DNA of 64,000 bases, from assembly GCA_035294085.1 (NCBI GenBank), contig DATGLP010000002.1:30061-94060 (forward strand), read 5' to 3'. Position 1 is the first letter of the stretch. Each line of letters opens with the position of its first letter. The stretch is from Acidimicrobiales bacterium. Its GTDB lineage: Bacteria > Actinomycetota > Acidimicrobiia > Acidimicrobiales > Bog-793. A model generated the notes under the pieces. That model was not told where the DNA came from, did no database searches, and saw nothing but the letters and a program-made list of their open reading frames with translations. Below are positions 29,304-38,166 of this stretch, piece after piece. Made by a program: the position numbers and the translations under genes.

Positions 29304-29792
29304 TCAGTCCCGCAGGTTGCCGAACTGGAGCGGGATGCCGAGGTCCTCGGCCTTCAGCCTGGTGATCGCCGCCTGGAGGTCGTCGCGTCGCTTCCCGCTG
29401 ACGCGCACCTGGCCGCCCTGGGTCTGGGCGGTCAGGCCCTTGAGGCCGAGCTCTCGCACGATCCGGCCGATCGCCTTCGCCCGCTCGGCGTCGATGCCGG
29501 CCTGGAGGCGGACGTGCTGGCGCACGGTCCCCTTCGCCGCCTCCTCGACCTTGCCGTAGGAGAGGGCCTTCAGCGAGACGTGCCGGCGGACGAGCTTCTC
29601 CTCGAGGAGCTGGACGAGAGCCCTGAGCCGGTCCTCGGTCGGCGCGTGCAGCTCGATCTCGTGTCCGGCGAGCGAGATCGACGAGCCGGTCCCCTTGAAG
29701 TCGAAGCGCGTCGCCACCTCGCGCGCCGCCTGGTCGACGGCGTTGCGGACCTCCTGGAGGTCCACCTCCGAGGTCACGTCGAAGCTCGGCAC
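29304..29792 (-). CDS. yajQ: YajQ/UPF0234-family nucleotide (c-di-GMP)-binding protein
   Basis: MPSFDVTSEVDLQEVRNAVDQAAREVATRFDFKG.. is the classic YajQ N-terminus. 162 aa. Convergent with nuoN (19-nt gap). Confidence 0.88.
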   Translation of the reverse strand: MPSFDVTSEVDLQEVRNAVDQAAREVATRFDFKGTGSSISLAGHEIELHAPTEDRLRALVQLLEEKLVRRHVSLKALSYGKVEEAAKGTVRQHVRLQAGIDAERAKAIGRIVRELGLKGLTAQTQGGQVRVSGKRRDDLQAAITRLKAEDLGIPLQFGNLRD

Positions 29793-29865
29793 GAGAGAAA
29801 GCTAGCGCGCGCCGGCTCGGCGCCCTCCCGCCGAACACAAGGAATCCGGTATCGTGTGGTGGCCA

Positions 29866-29947
29866 GGGTCGGTACCCAAGCGGACAACGGGAGCAGACTG
29901 TAAATCTGCCGGCATCGCCTTCGTAGGTTCGAATCCTACCCGGCCCA
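29866..29947 (+). tRNA. tRNA-Tyr: tRNA-Tyr (anticodon GTA), long variable arm, CCA not encoded
   Basis: Hand-folded: GGGTCGG/CCGGCCC acceptor (one G-U), CAGAC-TGTAAAT-CTGCC anticodon arm, 12-nt variable arm GGCATCGCCTTC, GTAGG-TTCGAAT-CCTAC T-arm, discriminator A. Colinear with E. coli tRNA-Tyr. Confidence 0.92.
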
Positions 29948-30313
29948 CCGCAGCGCCCGCCGGGGCGCTCGCGCCGGATCCTGGGCGCGACGACCCGCGG
30001 CCTACCCCGTGGCGGCGACGAGCAGGCGAACGACGCGACGGGCGGGGGAGCGTCGACCGCGGCGCCACGCGGGCTCGGCGCCGGCCGCGACCTCGACCCC
30101 CCTCGACCCGCGGCGTGCGCACCGTGGCGGCGGTGGTCCGCCGGCGGCCTTCGGGCGGGGGTGGGTCGCTCGCCCGTCAGGCGAGGGGACGGCGCGAACG
30201 AGGCGCAGGCGGTCGTGTCGGTCGGCGTCGTCGGGTCGCACACGAGCCGGCCGGCCGCTCGCTCGACGACGGCGACCTCGGACCGGTCGAGGCCTGGACG
30301 CGCCGGAGCGAGG

Positions 30314-31057
30314 CTACCGGCGGCTCGGTCCCGCCGAGGCGGGGGTGCGCGCGCGCCTTCCTCGCTTCGGCCCCGCGCTCGCACCGGGCGAGGCGGCGCG
30401 CACCTTCGCGGCGATGAGCCGGGCGAGCGCCCGGGCGCCCGGACCGTCGATCGGCAGGTGGGTGCCGTCGGCGTAGAACCAACCCGGGTGGTGGGCAGCG
30501 AGCGCGGCCCAGTCGGCGACGACCGCGTTGCGTGCCGCCGCCGCGCCGGCGCGAAGGACGGCGTTCACGCTGTCCTGCCAGGGACGGTCGACGTGGACGG
30601 TGACGAGGACGACGCGCCGCACCCGGCGGAGGACGGCGAGCAGCTCGCGAAGCTCGGTCGGTGTCACCGGGCCGTTCGTCCCGAGGGCGACGACGACGAC
30701 CGAGCCGAGCCGGTGCTCGGCCCGCAGGCGCTCGGCGAGCGAGATGCCCGCGCTGAACTGCAGGCCGACGGCGGCGTGGATGGCGACGCCGGGGAGGAGC
30801 GCCCGCAGCTCGTCGGCGTAGTCGAGCATCACCGAGTCGCCGATGGCCGTCACCCGACCGGCGCCTGGACCGGTGCGCGCGCGCTCGTGAGCGGAGCGGG
30901 TGGCCGGCGTCCCCTGGGCGCGCGGGCGTGCGCTCGCCGTCCCGCCCCCCGCGGCGCAGCCGCCGAGCACGAGCGCTGCGCACGCGAGCGCGGCGAGCCG
31001 CCGGGCGTGCCCGCCCGCCGCGGCCGGCTCAGCGCCACGTGCTGCCCGCCGTCGCAC
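30314..31057 (-). CDS. SGNH/GDSL-type hydrolase lipoprotein
   Basis: Lipobox ..LAALACAALVLGGC.., then ..VTAIGDSVMLDY (block I Ser), ..VVVVALGTNG (block III), ..FYADGTHLP (block V D-x-x-H). Start uncertain (GTG 31057, GTG ~31084 or ATG 31126). Overlaps the 3' end of the upstream membrane-protein gene. Confidence 0.7.
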   Translation of the reverse strand: MRRRAARGAEPAAAGGHARRLAALACAALVLGGCAAGGGTASARPRAQGTPATRSAHERARTGPGAGRVTAIGDSVMLDYADELRALLPGVAIHAAVGLQFSAGISLAERLRAEHRLGSVVVVALGTNGPVTPTELRELLAVLRRVRRVVLVTVHVDRPWQDSVNAVLRAGAAAARNAVVADWAALAAHHPGWFYADGTHLPIDGPGARALARLIAAKVRAASPGASAGPKRGRRARTPASAGPSRR

Positions 31058-33725
31058 CGAGAGCGTCGCGTCCCCTCCCCGCACCTCGCCAGAGCCCGGT
31101 CCGGTCGCCCGCGCGCGCCGCGCCACGCCCGGCCCTCCGGCGGCGCGTCGCCAGCCAGTCGCCAGCGGCGAGGGCGACGAGCGCCGCCCACCCGGCGCCG
31201 GCGAGCGCGGCGCCGAGCTCGGATCCGGGCGCAGTGTAGAGAAAGGTCACCGAGGACCGGCCCGCGGGCAGGCGCACGGCCTGGACGAGGCCGAAGCGGC
31301 GGATGCGGACGGGGCGTCCGTCCACCTCGGCGTGCCAGCCAGGCAGGTCGGCGACGCTGCGCACGAGGAGGAAGGCTGCGGCCGCCCTCGCCTCGACGGT
31401 CTCGCGCGCACCGAGGTCGTGCCAGGACAGCTCGGCCGTCGGGCGGGACCGGCCGAGCGCGACGGCGGCGAGGTGTCCGATCGCCCGGGTGTCGAGGAAG
31501 GTGGCGTAGGGGCCGATGGGTGGTCCAGGGCGCCAGTGGGGCGGTGCCACGGCCGCGGCGAGCGCTCCCGACGGGGAGAACGCGCGCCGAGGGGTCTCCA
31601 CGACGACGCGCACGCGGCCTCGGTCGGGCGGCAGGACGAGCCCCACCGCGGCCTCGCCGCCGAAGCGCTCGCTCACGGCGGCTCCCGGCCCCGGCGTGCC
31701 GGGGCCGAGCGGTGCGAGCAGGCGCCCCCGCGCCGTGAGGAGGCGGGTGCGGCGCGCCAGGGCGGCGAGGCCGTCGGCGGTCCCGCGGCTCGCTCGCGGC
31801 CACGCGAGGCGCACCCCGACGACGTCCTCGCGCCGGCCGAAGTACCGGACGGTCGCCGCCGAGGGGGCGAGCGGGATCGGGCGGCCCTCGCCCGCCGGCA
31901 CCTCGAAGGACCCCGGCAGCGCGAGCAGGGCGCGCACGTCGAGCTCGTCGGCGACGCGCCCGGCGAGGGCCGCGGGCGAGACGACGTCCTGGCCGTGGGT
32001 CCCCGTGGCTCGGGCGTAGGGACCCCAGGCGAGCGAGCCGTAGCCCTGGGCGCTGTGGAGGCGGTAGAGGACGTTGAGGTCGGGCGCGCCGAGCTCGTCG
32101 AGGGCGAGGCCGCCGGCGCGCGCCGGGTCGTCGACGACGAAGCGCCCCTCCGGCCCGACGAGGCGCGCGAGCGACCGCTCGAGGGCGTTGGCGCGCCCGA
32201 GCGCGCGCGCCGGCGTCGGCGCGAAGGAGCTCTCGTTCGCCCAGAAGGTCACGAGGTCGACGAGGGCGAGGGCGACGAGCAGGGCGCGCCGACGACGGAC
32301 GCCGGCGCGGTGGCCCAGGAGGAGGAAGGCGAGGGCGGCGAGCCCGACGGCGCCGGCCGTGGCGAGGTAGGGGGCGACGGCGCGCACGCTCCACGGTCCG
32401 GTCGGCCCACCGGCGAGCGCGCGTGCGACCGCCGTCCCGCCGAGCGCCGTCGCACCGAGGAGCGCGAGGAGGACGAGGGGGGCGAGCGCGCCGAGGCGGC
32501 GCGCCGTGGCGCCGGCGCCTCCCGGCGCCAGGAGCGCCTGCGCGAAGTGGGCGTAGAGCACCGCGGCGGCGAGCGCGAAGAGGAGGAGCGCGCGGCTCGG
32601 CAGGCGGCTCAGGCCGACGACCGGCAGGTGGACGAGGAGGTGGGGGAGGGGCGTCCGGCTGCCGAGCGCGATCGCGACGCCGAGGGCGCCGATCGCGTAC
32701 CAGACGCGCAGCGGGCGGCCCTCCCGGCGCAGCGCGCCGGGGGCGAGCCCGAGCGTGCCGGCGAGGGCGAGCATCCCCGGGTAGGCGTCCGTCTCGGCGA
32801 GGTTGTAGCGGCCGACGTAGGCGGCGAGCCCGAGCGGCCCGCCGCCGAGCAGGTGCGGGGCGACGAGCACGGTGAGCAGGGCCGGGGTCAGCGACCCGCT
32901 CGTGAAGAAGCCGACGCTGCCCGCCGACCGCTGCGAGACGGCGACGAAGGCCGACCCGGGGAGGAGCTGGACCGCGGCGACGAGGCCGCCCAAGGCGGCG
33001 CCGACGGCGAAGCGACCGGCGCGCGCCAGGCGGCGCCCGGGCCTGGCGAGCAGGTGCGCCGCGTAGACGGCGGCGGCCAGCGCCGCGTACCAGGCGGCCT
33101 CCGGGCTGCCGGCGAGGCCGATGCCGCCGAGGCAGGCGGCGAGGAGCGCGACGAGCGCCGGCACGTGGCGGCACCGGTCGTCGGCGAGGCGCTCGAGGGC
33201 GACGAGGGCGAACGCGAGCCCAGCGCCGGTCTCGACGACGTCGACGTGCACGGCCTGGGAGGCGAGGTAGCCGCCGAGCCCGAAGCTGGCGCCGCCGAGC
33301 GCCGCGGCGAGCGGGTCGAGCCCGCGCAGGCGGAGGAAGACGTACAGGCCGCTGGCCGCGGCGCCGTAGGCGAGCGCCTCGACGAGCACGTAGGCGGCGA
33401 GCGGGGGCAGGACGGCGAAGGCGAGCACCCCGGGGGACGCCGCGCCGGCGTTGATGCCCCCGAGCAGCGGTGTCCCGGAGAAGTCGTAGGGGTCGTAGGT
33501 GGCGAGCGCGCCGTGGCGCAGGAGCGCCCCGGCCAGCGCGCGCAGCGGGAGGTTCTGGATGACCGCGTCGCCCGTGAGGAGCGGGTAGCCCGCGAGAGCG
33601 GGGAGGCCGAGCAGCACGAGCGGGACGAGGACGAGGAGGGCGACGGCCACGAGGTCCCGCCGGTCGACCCGCCGGAGGGCCGGCAGCGGCGCCGGCGCCC
33701 GACCCGCTCCCGCCCCGGCGCGCAT
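31029..33725 (-). CDS. Large polytopic membrane protein with extracytoplasmic C-domain and terminal TM helix (YfhO-like / GT-C-like, family uncertain)
   Basis: 898 aa. N-terminal ~450 aa has more than 10 hydrophobic helices, followed by a soluble ~400-aa domain and a final helix (..GAGWAALVALAAGDWL..). This architecture is typical of YfhO-type glycan-modifying membrane proteins. Confidence 0.6.
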   Translation of the reverse strand: MRAGAGAGRAPAPLPALRRVDRRDLVAVALLVLVPLVLLGLPALAGYPLLTGDAVIQNLPLRALAGALLRHGALATYDPYDFSGTPLLGGINAGAASPGVLAFAVLPPLAAYVLVEALAYGAAASGLYVFLRLRGLDPLAAALGGASFGLGGYLASQAVHVDVVETGAGLAFALVALERLADDRCRHVPALVALLAACLGGIGLAGSPEAAWYAALAAAVYAAHLLARPGRRLARAGRFAVGAALGGLVAAVQLLPGSAFVAVSQRSAGSVGFFTSGSLTPALLTVLVAPHLLGGGPLGLAAYVGRYNLAETDAYPGMLALAGTLGLAPGALRREGRPLRVWYAIGALGVAIALGSRTPLPHLLVHLPVVGLSRLPSRALLLFALAAAVLYAHFAQALLAPGGAGATARRLGALAPLVLLALLGATALGGTAVARALAGGPTGPWSVRAVAPYLATAGAVGLAALAFLLLGHRAGVRRRRALLVALALVDLVTFWANESSFAPTPARALGRANALERSLARLVGPEGRFVVDDPARAGGLALDELGAPDLNVLYRLHSAQGYGSLAWGPYARATGTHGQDVVSPAALAGRVADELDVRALLALPGSFEVPAGEGRPIPLAPSAATVRYFGRREDVVGVRLAWPRASRGTADGLAALARRTRLLTARGRLLAPLGPGTPGPGAAVSERFGGEAAVGLVLPPDRGRVRVVVETPRRAFSPSGALAAAVAPPHWRPGPPIGPYATFLDTRAIGHLAAVALGRSRPTAELSWHDLGARETVEARAAAAFLLVRSVADLPGWHAEVDGRPVRIRRFGLVQAVRLPAGRSSVTFLYTAPGSELGAALAGAGWAALVALAAGDWLATRRRRAGRGAARAGDRTGLWRGAGRGRDALGATAGSTWR

Positions 33726-33793
33726 GGCGGAACGCTACCGAAGCGCCCCGGCGCGTCGGCTCGTCGCGCCGGTGCTGGCGTAAGCTCGCGACC

Positions 33794-35461
33794 ATGCCGA
33801 CCGCTGCCGAGCGGGTGCCACGCCGCGCCGGCTGGGCGCGATGGCCCGAGCGGTTCGCCCGGCGCCTCGAGTACGCCGCCGCGCTCGGCGCCCACCTGCT
33901 CCAGCGCCCGGGACGGCCCGCACCGCCGGTCGAGCCGTACGTCCCCGGCGAGACCCCCCTCGCGCGGCGCCTCGCGTGGCCCGTCGTGCTCGGCTTCGTC
34001 GCCTCGGTCCTCATCTTCCTCGGCGGGACGCAGCCGAACTCGCCGTTCACCTTCAAGCACGCCGGCGCCTGGTACTTCGGGATTCCCCACGTCGCCGCGG
34101 AGTCCTCCGCCTACACCCCCGCCCCCGGCCAGTGGCTCTTCGTCGGCGTCGTCGCCGTCTACGCCGGGATGCTCCTCCTCCTGCGCGCCTGGTTCGACGT
34201 CGTGCGGACCATGAGCCGCCACCCCGGCGTCCCGGTGTCGCGCCTCGTGCCGGTGTTCGTCGCCTGGGTGCTGCCGCTGCTCGTCGTGGCCCCGCTGTTC
34301 TCGAAGGACGTCTACAGCTACGCCGCGCAGGGCGAGATGATGGCGCACGGGATCAACCCCTACCACTACGGTCCCAGCCTGCTGAGCAGCGGCTCCCCCT
34401 TCAGCCAGCTCGTCGACCCGCTGTGGGGCAACGTCTCGTCGCCCTACGGACCGGTCTTCCTCGCCCTGGCCGGCGGCATCGTCGCGGCGAGCGGCCACAA
34501 CGTCTTGCTCTCGGTCGTCGGCCTGCGTCTGCTCGCCCTCGCCGGTACCGTCCTGTTCGCGTGCGCGGTCCCGGTCATCGCCCGTTCGTTCAACCGTGAC
34601 GCCGCCACCGCGTTCGCCGTCGCCGCGCTGAACCCGCTCGTCCTGCTGCACCTCGTCGCCGGGGCGCACAACGACGCCCTCATGCTCGGCCTGCTCGTCC
34701 CGGGCTACGCGCTGGCGCGCCGCGGCCACCCGGTGCTCGGCGTGGCGCTGTGCGGGCTCGCCGCGGCCGTGAAGGTGCCGGCCATCCTCGGGGCCGTCTA
34801 CATCGGCTGGGAGTGGTGGGGCCCGGGACGTCCCGTCAGCGAGCGGCTCCGGCCCACGCTCGCGTGCCTCGCGGGCGCCGTCGGCGTCATGGCGGTCTGC
34901 TCCGAGGCGGTCGGCCTCGGCTGGGGCTGGATCTCCGGGCTGCAGAACCCGGACACCGTGAGGTCCTGGCTGGACCCGGCGACGGGCCTCGGCCTGTTCC
35001 TCGGTCGGGTCGTCTCCGCGGTCGGCCTCGGCGACCACACGCACGTGCTGCTCACGATCTGCCGGGGCGCGGCCTTCGTCCTCGCCGGGCTGATCGGGCT
35101 GCGCCTGCTGCGCAGCTCGGACCGCATCGGCGCGCTGTCGGCGATGGGGTGGACCTACGTGGCTGTCGTGCTGCTCGGCCCGGTCGTCCAGCCGTGGTAC
35201 GCGGCGTGGGGCTTCGTGTTCCTCGCGCCGATCGCCGAGGGTCGGACCCGTCGGGTGCTCCTCGTGGTCTCGGGGATCGCCTGCTTCGTCGGCCTGCCCG
35301 GCGGGCGGGTCCTCGTCGACGAGCTCGCCAACGCCAACCCGGGGATGGTCGCGCTCGCCTCGGGCGCGCTCGTGGCCTTCGCCGCCGCCCTCGTCGCGCC
35401 CCGCCTGCGGCGGGGCCTCGGTGGCCAGGTGAAGGACGGGCTCTCGGCCGAGCGCGCCTGA
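33794..35461 (+). CDS. GT-C family polyprenol-phosphate-sugar-dependent glycosyltransferase (MptB/PimE-like mannosyltransferase)
   Basis: ..APLFSKDVYSYAAQGEMMAHGINPYHYGP..PYGPVFL.. (first-loop acidic motif of mycobacterial GT-C mannosyltransferases), ..AAVKVPA.., >10 TM helices. Confidence 0.6.
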   Translation: MPTAAERVPRRAGWARWPERFARRLEYAAALGAHLLQRPGRPAPPVEPYVPGETPLARRLAWPVVLGFVASVLIFLGGTQPNSPFTFKHAGAWYFGIPHVAAESSAYTPAPGQWLFVGVVAVYAGMLLLLRAWFDVVRTMSRHPGVPVSRLVPVFVAWVLPLLVVAPLFSKDVYSYAAQGEMMAHGINPYHYGPSLLSSGSPFSQLVDPLWGNVSSPYGPVFLALAGGIVAASGHNVLLSVVGLRLLALAGTVLFACAVPVIARSFNRDAATAFAVAALNPLVLLHLVAGAHNDALMLGLLVPGYALARRGHPVLGVALCGLAAAVKVPAILGAVYIGWEWWGPGRPVSERLRPTLACLAGAVGVMAVCSEAVGLGWGWISGLQNPDTVRSWLDPATGLGLFLGRVVSAVGLGDHTHVLLTICRGAAFVLAGLIGLRLLRSSDRIGALSAMGWTYVAVVLLGPVVQPWYAAWGFVFLAPIAEGRTRRVLLVVSGIACFVGLPGGRVLVDELANANPGMVALASGALVAFAAALVAPRLRRGLGGQVKDGLSAERA

Positions 35462-35478
35462 GTCGGCGCCTCGAGCGC

Positions 35479-36384
35479 TCAGCGAGCGGCGAGGAACTGC
35501 TCGATCGCCTCGGCGATGCCCGAGGCGATCGCCTCCCGGCCGGCCGGGTCCTCGAGGATCGCCGTCTCGGCCGGGTCGGTGATGAACAGCGGCTCGACGA
35601 GGGCGCCGGGCATGTCGCTCGGGTCGTCGTTGAAGCCGGGCGCGCGCGGACCGAGCAGGTAGAGGTGGTCGTAGGCGGCGCCGGCGGCGGTGAGCGCCGG
35701 ACCGCCGACGTTCGTGTCCGGCGTCACGCCGCGCGCCGGGACGTCCCAGCCGCCGCGGGCGAGCGAGGCGACGACGTCGTGCTCGAGGAGCGAGGCGAGC
35801 CGCTCGTTCTCGGCCGAGAAGCTGCGGGCCGCGTCGTAGGTGGTGAGGGCGCCCCCCACGTTCGGGTCGGAGAAGGCGTTGAAGTGGATGGACACGAGCA
35901 CCGCGGCGTGCGCCTCGTTGGCGCAGCGCACCCGCGCCGCGAGGTCGGCGTGCTCGCCGGCCGCGGTGAGCACCGTCCCGTCGAGGTCGCCGGGGCCGAG
36001 CGCCGCGACCGGGCCGTCGACCGTGCGCGACAGGACGACCGTGTAGCCGTCGGAACGCAGCAGCGCGCCGGTGGCGAGCTCGACGGGGAGGGTGAACTGC
36101 TTCTCCTCGACGCGCTGGCCGGCCGGATCGACGCCGATCGAGCCGGGGTCCGGCCCGCCGTGGCCGGCGTCGAGGAAGACGGTCTCGTGCCGGTTGCCCT
36201 GTGTCGGTCCGAGCTCGACGCAGGCGCCCGGGGCGAAGGTGCCCGCGAGGGCGGTCGGGCCGCTCGCCGTGGCGTGCGACGCGAGGCGGCTCGCTCCGTA
36301 GGCGGCGAGGGCGGCGACGCCGAGGACGACGAGCACCCGGCGGCTGCGTCGTCGCGGCCTCGGTCGCCGGTGCGCCGCCGTCAT
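35479..36384 (-). CDS. N-acetylmuramoyl-L-alanine amidase (Amidase_3), membrane-anchored/secreted
   Basis: ATG 36384: [30 protein letters not shown] (signal/anchor), ..VFLDAGHGGPDPG.., ..VLVSIHFNAF.., ..GALVEPLFITDP.. (Zn-ligand blocks). Confidence 0.8.
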   Translation of the reverse strand: MTAAHRRPRPRRRSRRVLVVLGVAALAAYGASRLASHATASGPTALAGTFAPGACVELGPTQGNRHETVFLDAGHGGPDPGSIGVDPAGQRVEEKQFTLPVELATGALLRSDGYTVVLSRTVDGPVAALGPGDLDGTVLTAAGEHADLAARVRCANEAHAAVLVSIHFNAFSDPNVGGALTTYDAARSFSAENERLASLLEHDVVASLARGGWDVPARGVTPDTNVGGPALTAAGAAYDHLYLLGPRAPGFNDDPSDMPGALVEPLFITDPAETAILEDPAGREAIASGIAEAIEQFLAAR

Positions 36385-36569
36385 CGTCCGGGAAGCTGCC
36401 GGCGCCCAGCCCGCTCCTGCCTCGTGCCCGCGCCGGCCACGGGCGGCCACGGTAGCGGGGCTGGTCCGGTCACCGGCGTCGCCTCGCGCGCATCCGCGCG
36501 GTCCCAGGTGGCCAGAGGGTGTCGGGGGTGTCCGCACCCGCGCGCGCCTCGGCGGCGCGCCGGCCTGCC

Positions 36570-37058
36570 TCACAGCAGGCGCTGCATGACGGCCACGTCG
36601 AGCCAGCGTCCGAACTTCCGGCCGATCTCGCGCTCGACGCCGACGAGCTCGAAGCCGCACGAGCGGTGGAGGGCGATCGAGGCGGCGTGGTCGCCCACGA
36701 TGCGGGCGACGACGGAGTGGAAGCCCTGGGCGCTCGCGAGCCGGACGATATCGGCGAGCAGCGCCTTGCCCACGCCCTGGCCGCGGTGGGGCGCCGCGAC
36801 GTAGACGGAGTCCTCGGCGGTCGTCGAGTAGGCCGGGCGGGGCCGGTAGGGGGAGAGCGAGGCGAACCCGACGACCTCCCCGTCGCGCACGGCCACGATC
36901 GCGGGGTACGCGCCGCGGTGCGCCGCGATCCACGCGCGCTGCTCCTCGGCGGTGCGCTCGACGAGGTCGAAGGTGGCCGTCGACCCGACGACCTCGGCGT
37001 TGTAGATCGTCCGGATCGCCTCGGCGTCGCCGTCCTCGACGATGCGTAGCTCGAGCAC
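36570..37058 (-). CDS. GNAT N-acetyltransferase, phosphinothricin-acetyltransferase (PAT) subfamily
   Basis: ..IYNAEVVGSTATFDLVERTAEEQRAWI.., ..GEVVGFASLSPYRPRPAY.., ..VYVAAPHRGQGVGKALL (acetyl-CoA motif A). Confidence 0.8.
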   Translation of the reverse strand: MLELRIVEDGDAEAIRTIYNAEVVGSTATFDLVERTAEEQRAWIAAHRGAYPAIVAVRDGEVVGFASLSPYRPRPAYSTTAEDSVYVAAPHRGQGVGKALLADIVRLASAQGFHSVVARIVGDHAASIALHRSCGFELVGVEREIGRKFGRWLDVAVMQRLL

Positions 37059-37155
37059 GGCCCGACACTACCGGCCGGCACCCGCCGGCGAGCCTCCTCA
37101 CGCCAGCGACGTGCGCACGGTACACTGCCGGCGAGCGGGGACGTGGTCCCGCCTC

Positions 37156-37227
<72 letters not shown>

Positions 37228-37231
37228 CCCG

Positions 37232-37308
37232 GGCGGCGTAGCTCAGTTGGTGAGAGCACACGGCTCATAATCGTGGGGTCGCCGGTTCGAGTCCGGCCGC
37301 CGCTACCA
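37232..37308 (+). tRNA. tRNA-Met: tRNA-Met (anticodon CAT, elongator-type), CCA encoded
   Basis: GGCGGCG/CGCCGCT acceptor (G1-U72), CACGG-CTCATAA-TCGTG anticodon arm (no 3xGC initiator signature), GCCGG-TTCGAGT-CCGGC T-arm, A-CCA. Lies 4 nt after tRNA-Thr. Confidence 0.9.
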
Positions 37309-37345
37309 GGTCGAAGGGCGCGCGCTCGAGCGAAGGAGGAGTCGC

Positions 37346-37510
37346 GTGGCGAAGGCGGAGAAGCGCGTGCAGGTCACCCTCGAGTGCGAGGTGTGCAAGC
37401 GGCGCAACTACATCACGACGAAGAACAAGAACAACGACCGCGAGCGCATCGAGCTGCGCAAGTACTGCCGGTTCGACCGCCGGCACACGAACCACAAGGA
37501 GACGCGCTAG
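37346..37510 (+). CDS. rpmG: 50S ribosomal protein L33
   Basis: GTG 37346 preceded by GAAGGAGGA: [54 protein letters not shown] (54 aa, too short for the ORF track). Mycobacterium-like position after thrT-metT. Confidence 0.92.
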   Translation: MAKAEKRVQVTLECEVCKRRNYITTKNKNNDRERIELRKYCRFDRRHTNHKETR

Positions 37511-37518
37511 GCGGGCCG

Positions 37519-38166
37519 GTGCCGGTGGAGGCCTCGCTCGAGGACCTCGCCCTCGCGGCACGCGACGGCGACGTCGACGCCTTCGGCCGGCTCGTCGTCG
37601 CCACCTCCCCGCAGGTGTACGCCCTCGCGCGCCGGCTCGTCGGCAACGACGACGACGCCGCCGACGTCATGCAGGAGACCTACCTGCGGGCCTTCCGGGC
37701 CATCTCGGCGTTCCGCCGCGAGGCGGGCGTGACGACCTGGCTCTACCGGATCGCCGCGAACTGCTCGGCGACGCACCTCGAGCGGCGCCGGCGCCGGCGC
37801 TCGGAGCACCTCGGGGACGACGTCGCCATCGCCGAGCCCCGGCGCGAGCGTGACCCGCAGGCCGCCGCCGACGACGGGGACGACCGCCGCCGGCTCGTCG
37901 CGGCGCTCGGGGCGCTGCCCTACGAGCTGCGCGCCGTCGTCGTGCTGCGGGACGTCTACGACCTGCCGCACGAGGCCATCGCGCAGGAGCTCGGGATCTC
38001 GCGGGCCGCGGCTCGGGTGCGCCTGCACCGTGCTCGGCGCAGGCTGCGCGACGCCCTGTTCGGTCCCGTGGCCGCCGAGGCTCGGCCGGCCGAGGGGGGC
38101 GGGAGCGTGGAGCTGCTCGGCCGGCGCCGGGCCCCGGCGACGCGAGGTCGGCGTGCCGCCGGCTGA
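37519..38166 (+). CDS. ECF (group 4) RNA polymerase sigma-70 family factor
   Basis: GTG 37519, 9 nt after the rpmG stop. Region 2: ..DAADVMQETYLRAFRAISAFRREAGVTTWLYRIAAN... Region 4: ..LPYELRAVVVLRDVYDLPHEAIAQELGISRAAARVRLHRARRRL.. Confidence 0.88.
   Translation: MPVEASLEDLALAARDGDVDAFGRLVVATSPQVYALARRLVGNDDDAADVMQETYLRAFRAISAFRREAGVTTWLYRIAANCSATHLERRRRRRSEHLGDDVAIAEPRRERDPQAAADDGDDRRRLVAALGALPYELRAVVVLRDVYDLPHEAIAQELGISRAAARVRLHRARRRLRDALFGPVAAEARPAEGGGSVELLGRRRAPATRGRRAAG

Noticed and set aside
36385-36569. Possible riboswitch (e.g. the cyclic-di-AMP/ydaO class often found before actinobacterial cell-wall hydrolase genes) in the 185-nt leader of the amidase gene.
   Set aside because: I could not recognise any of the conserved core sequences of that class by eye. 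It needs a covariance-model scan (Infernal/Rfam) before any claim.
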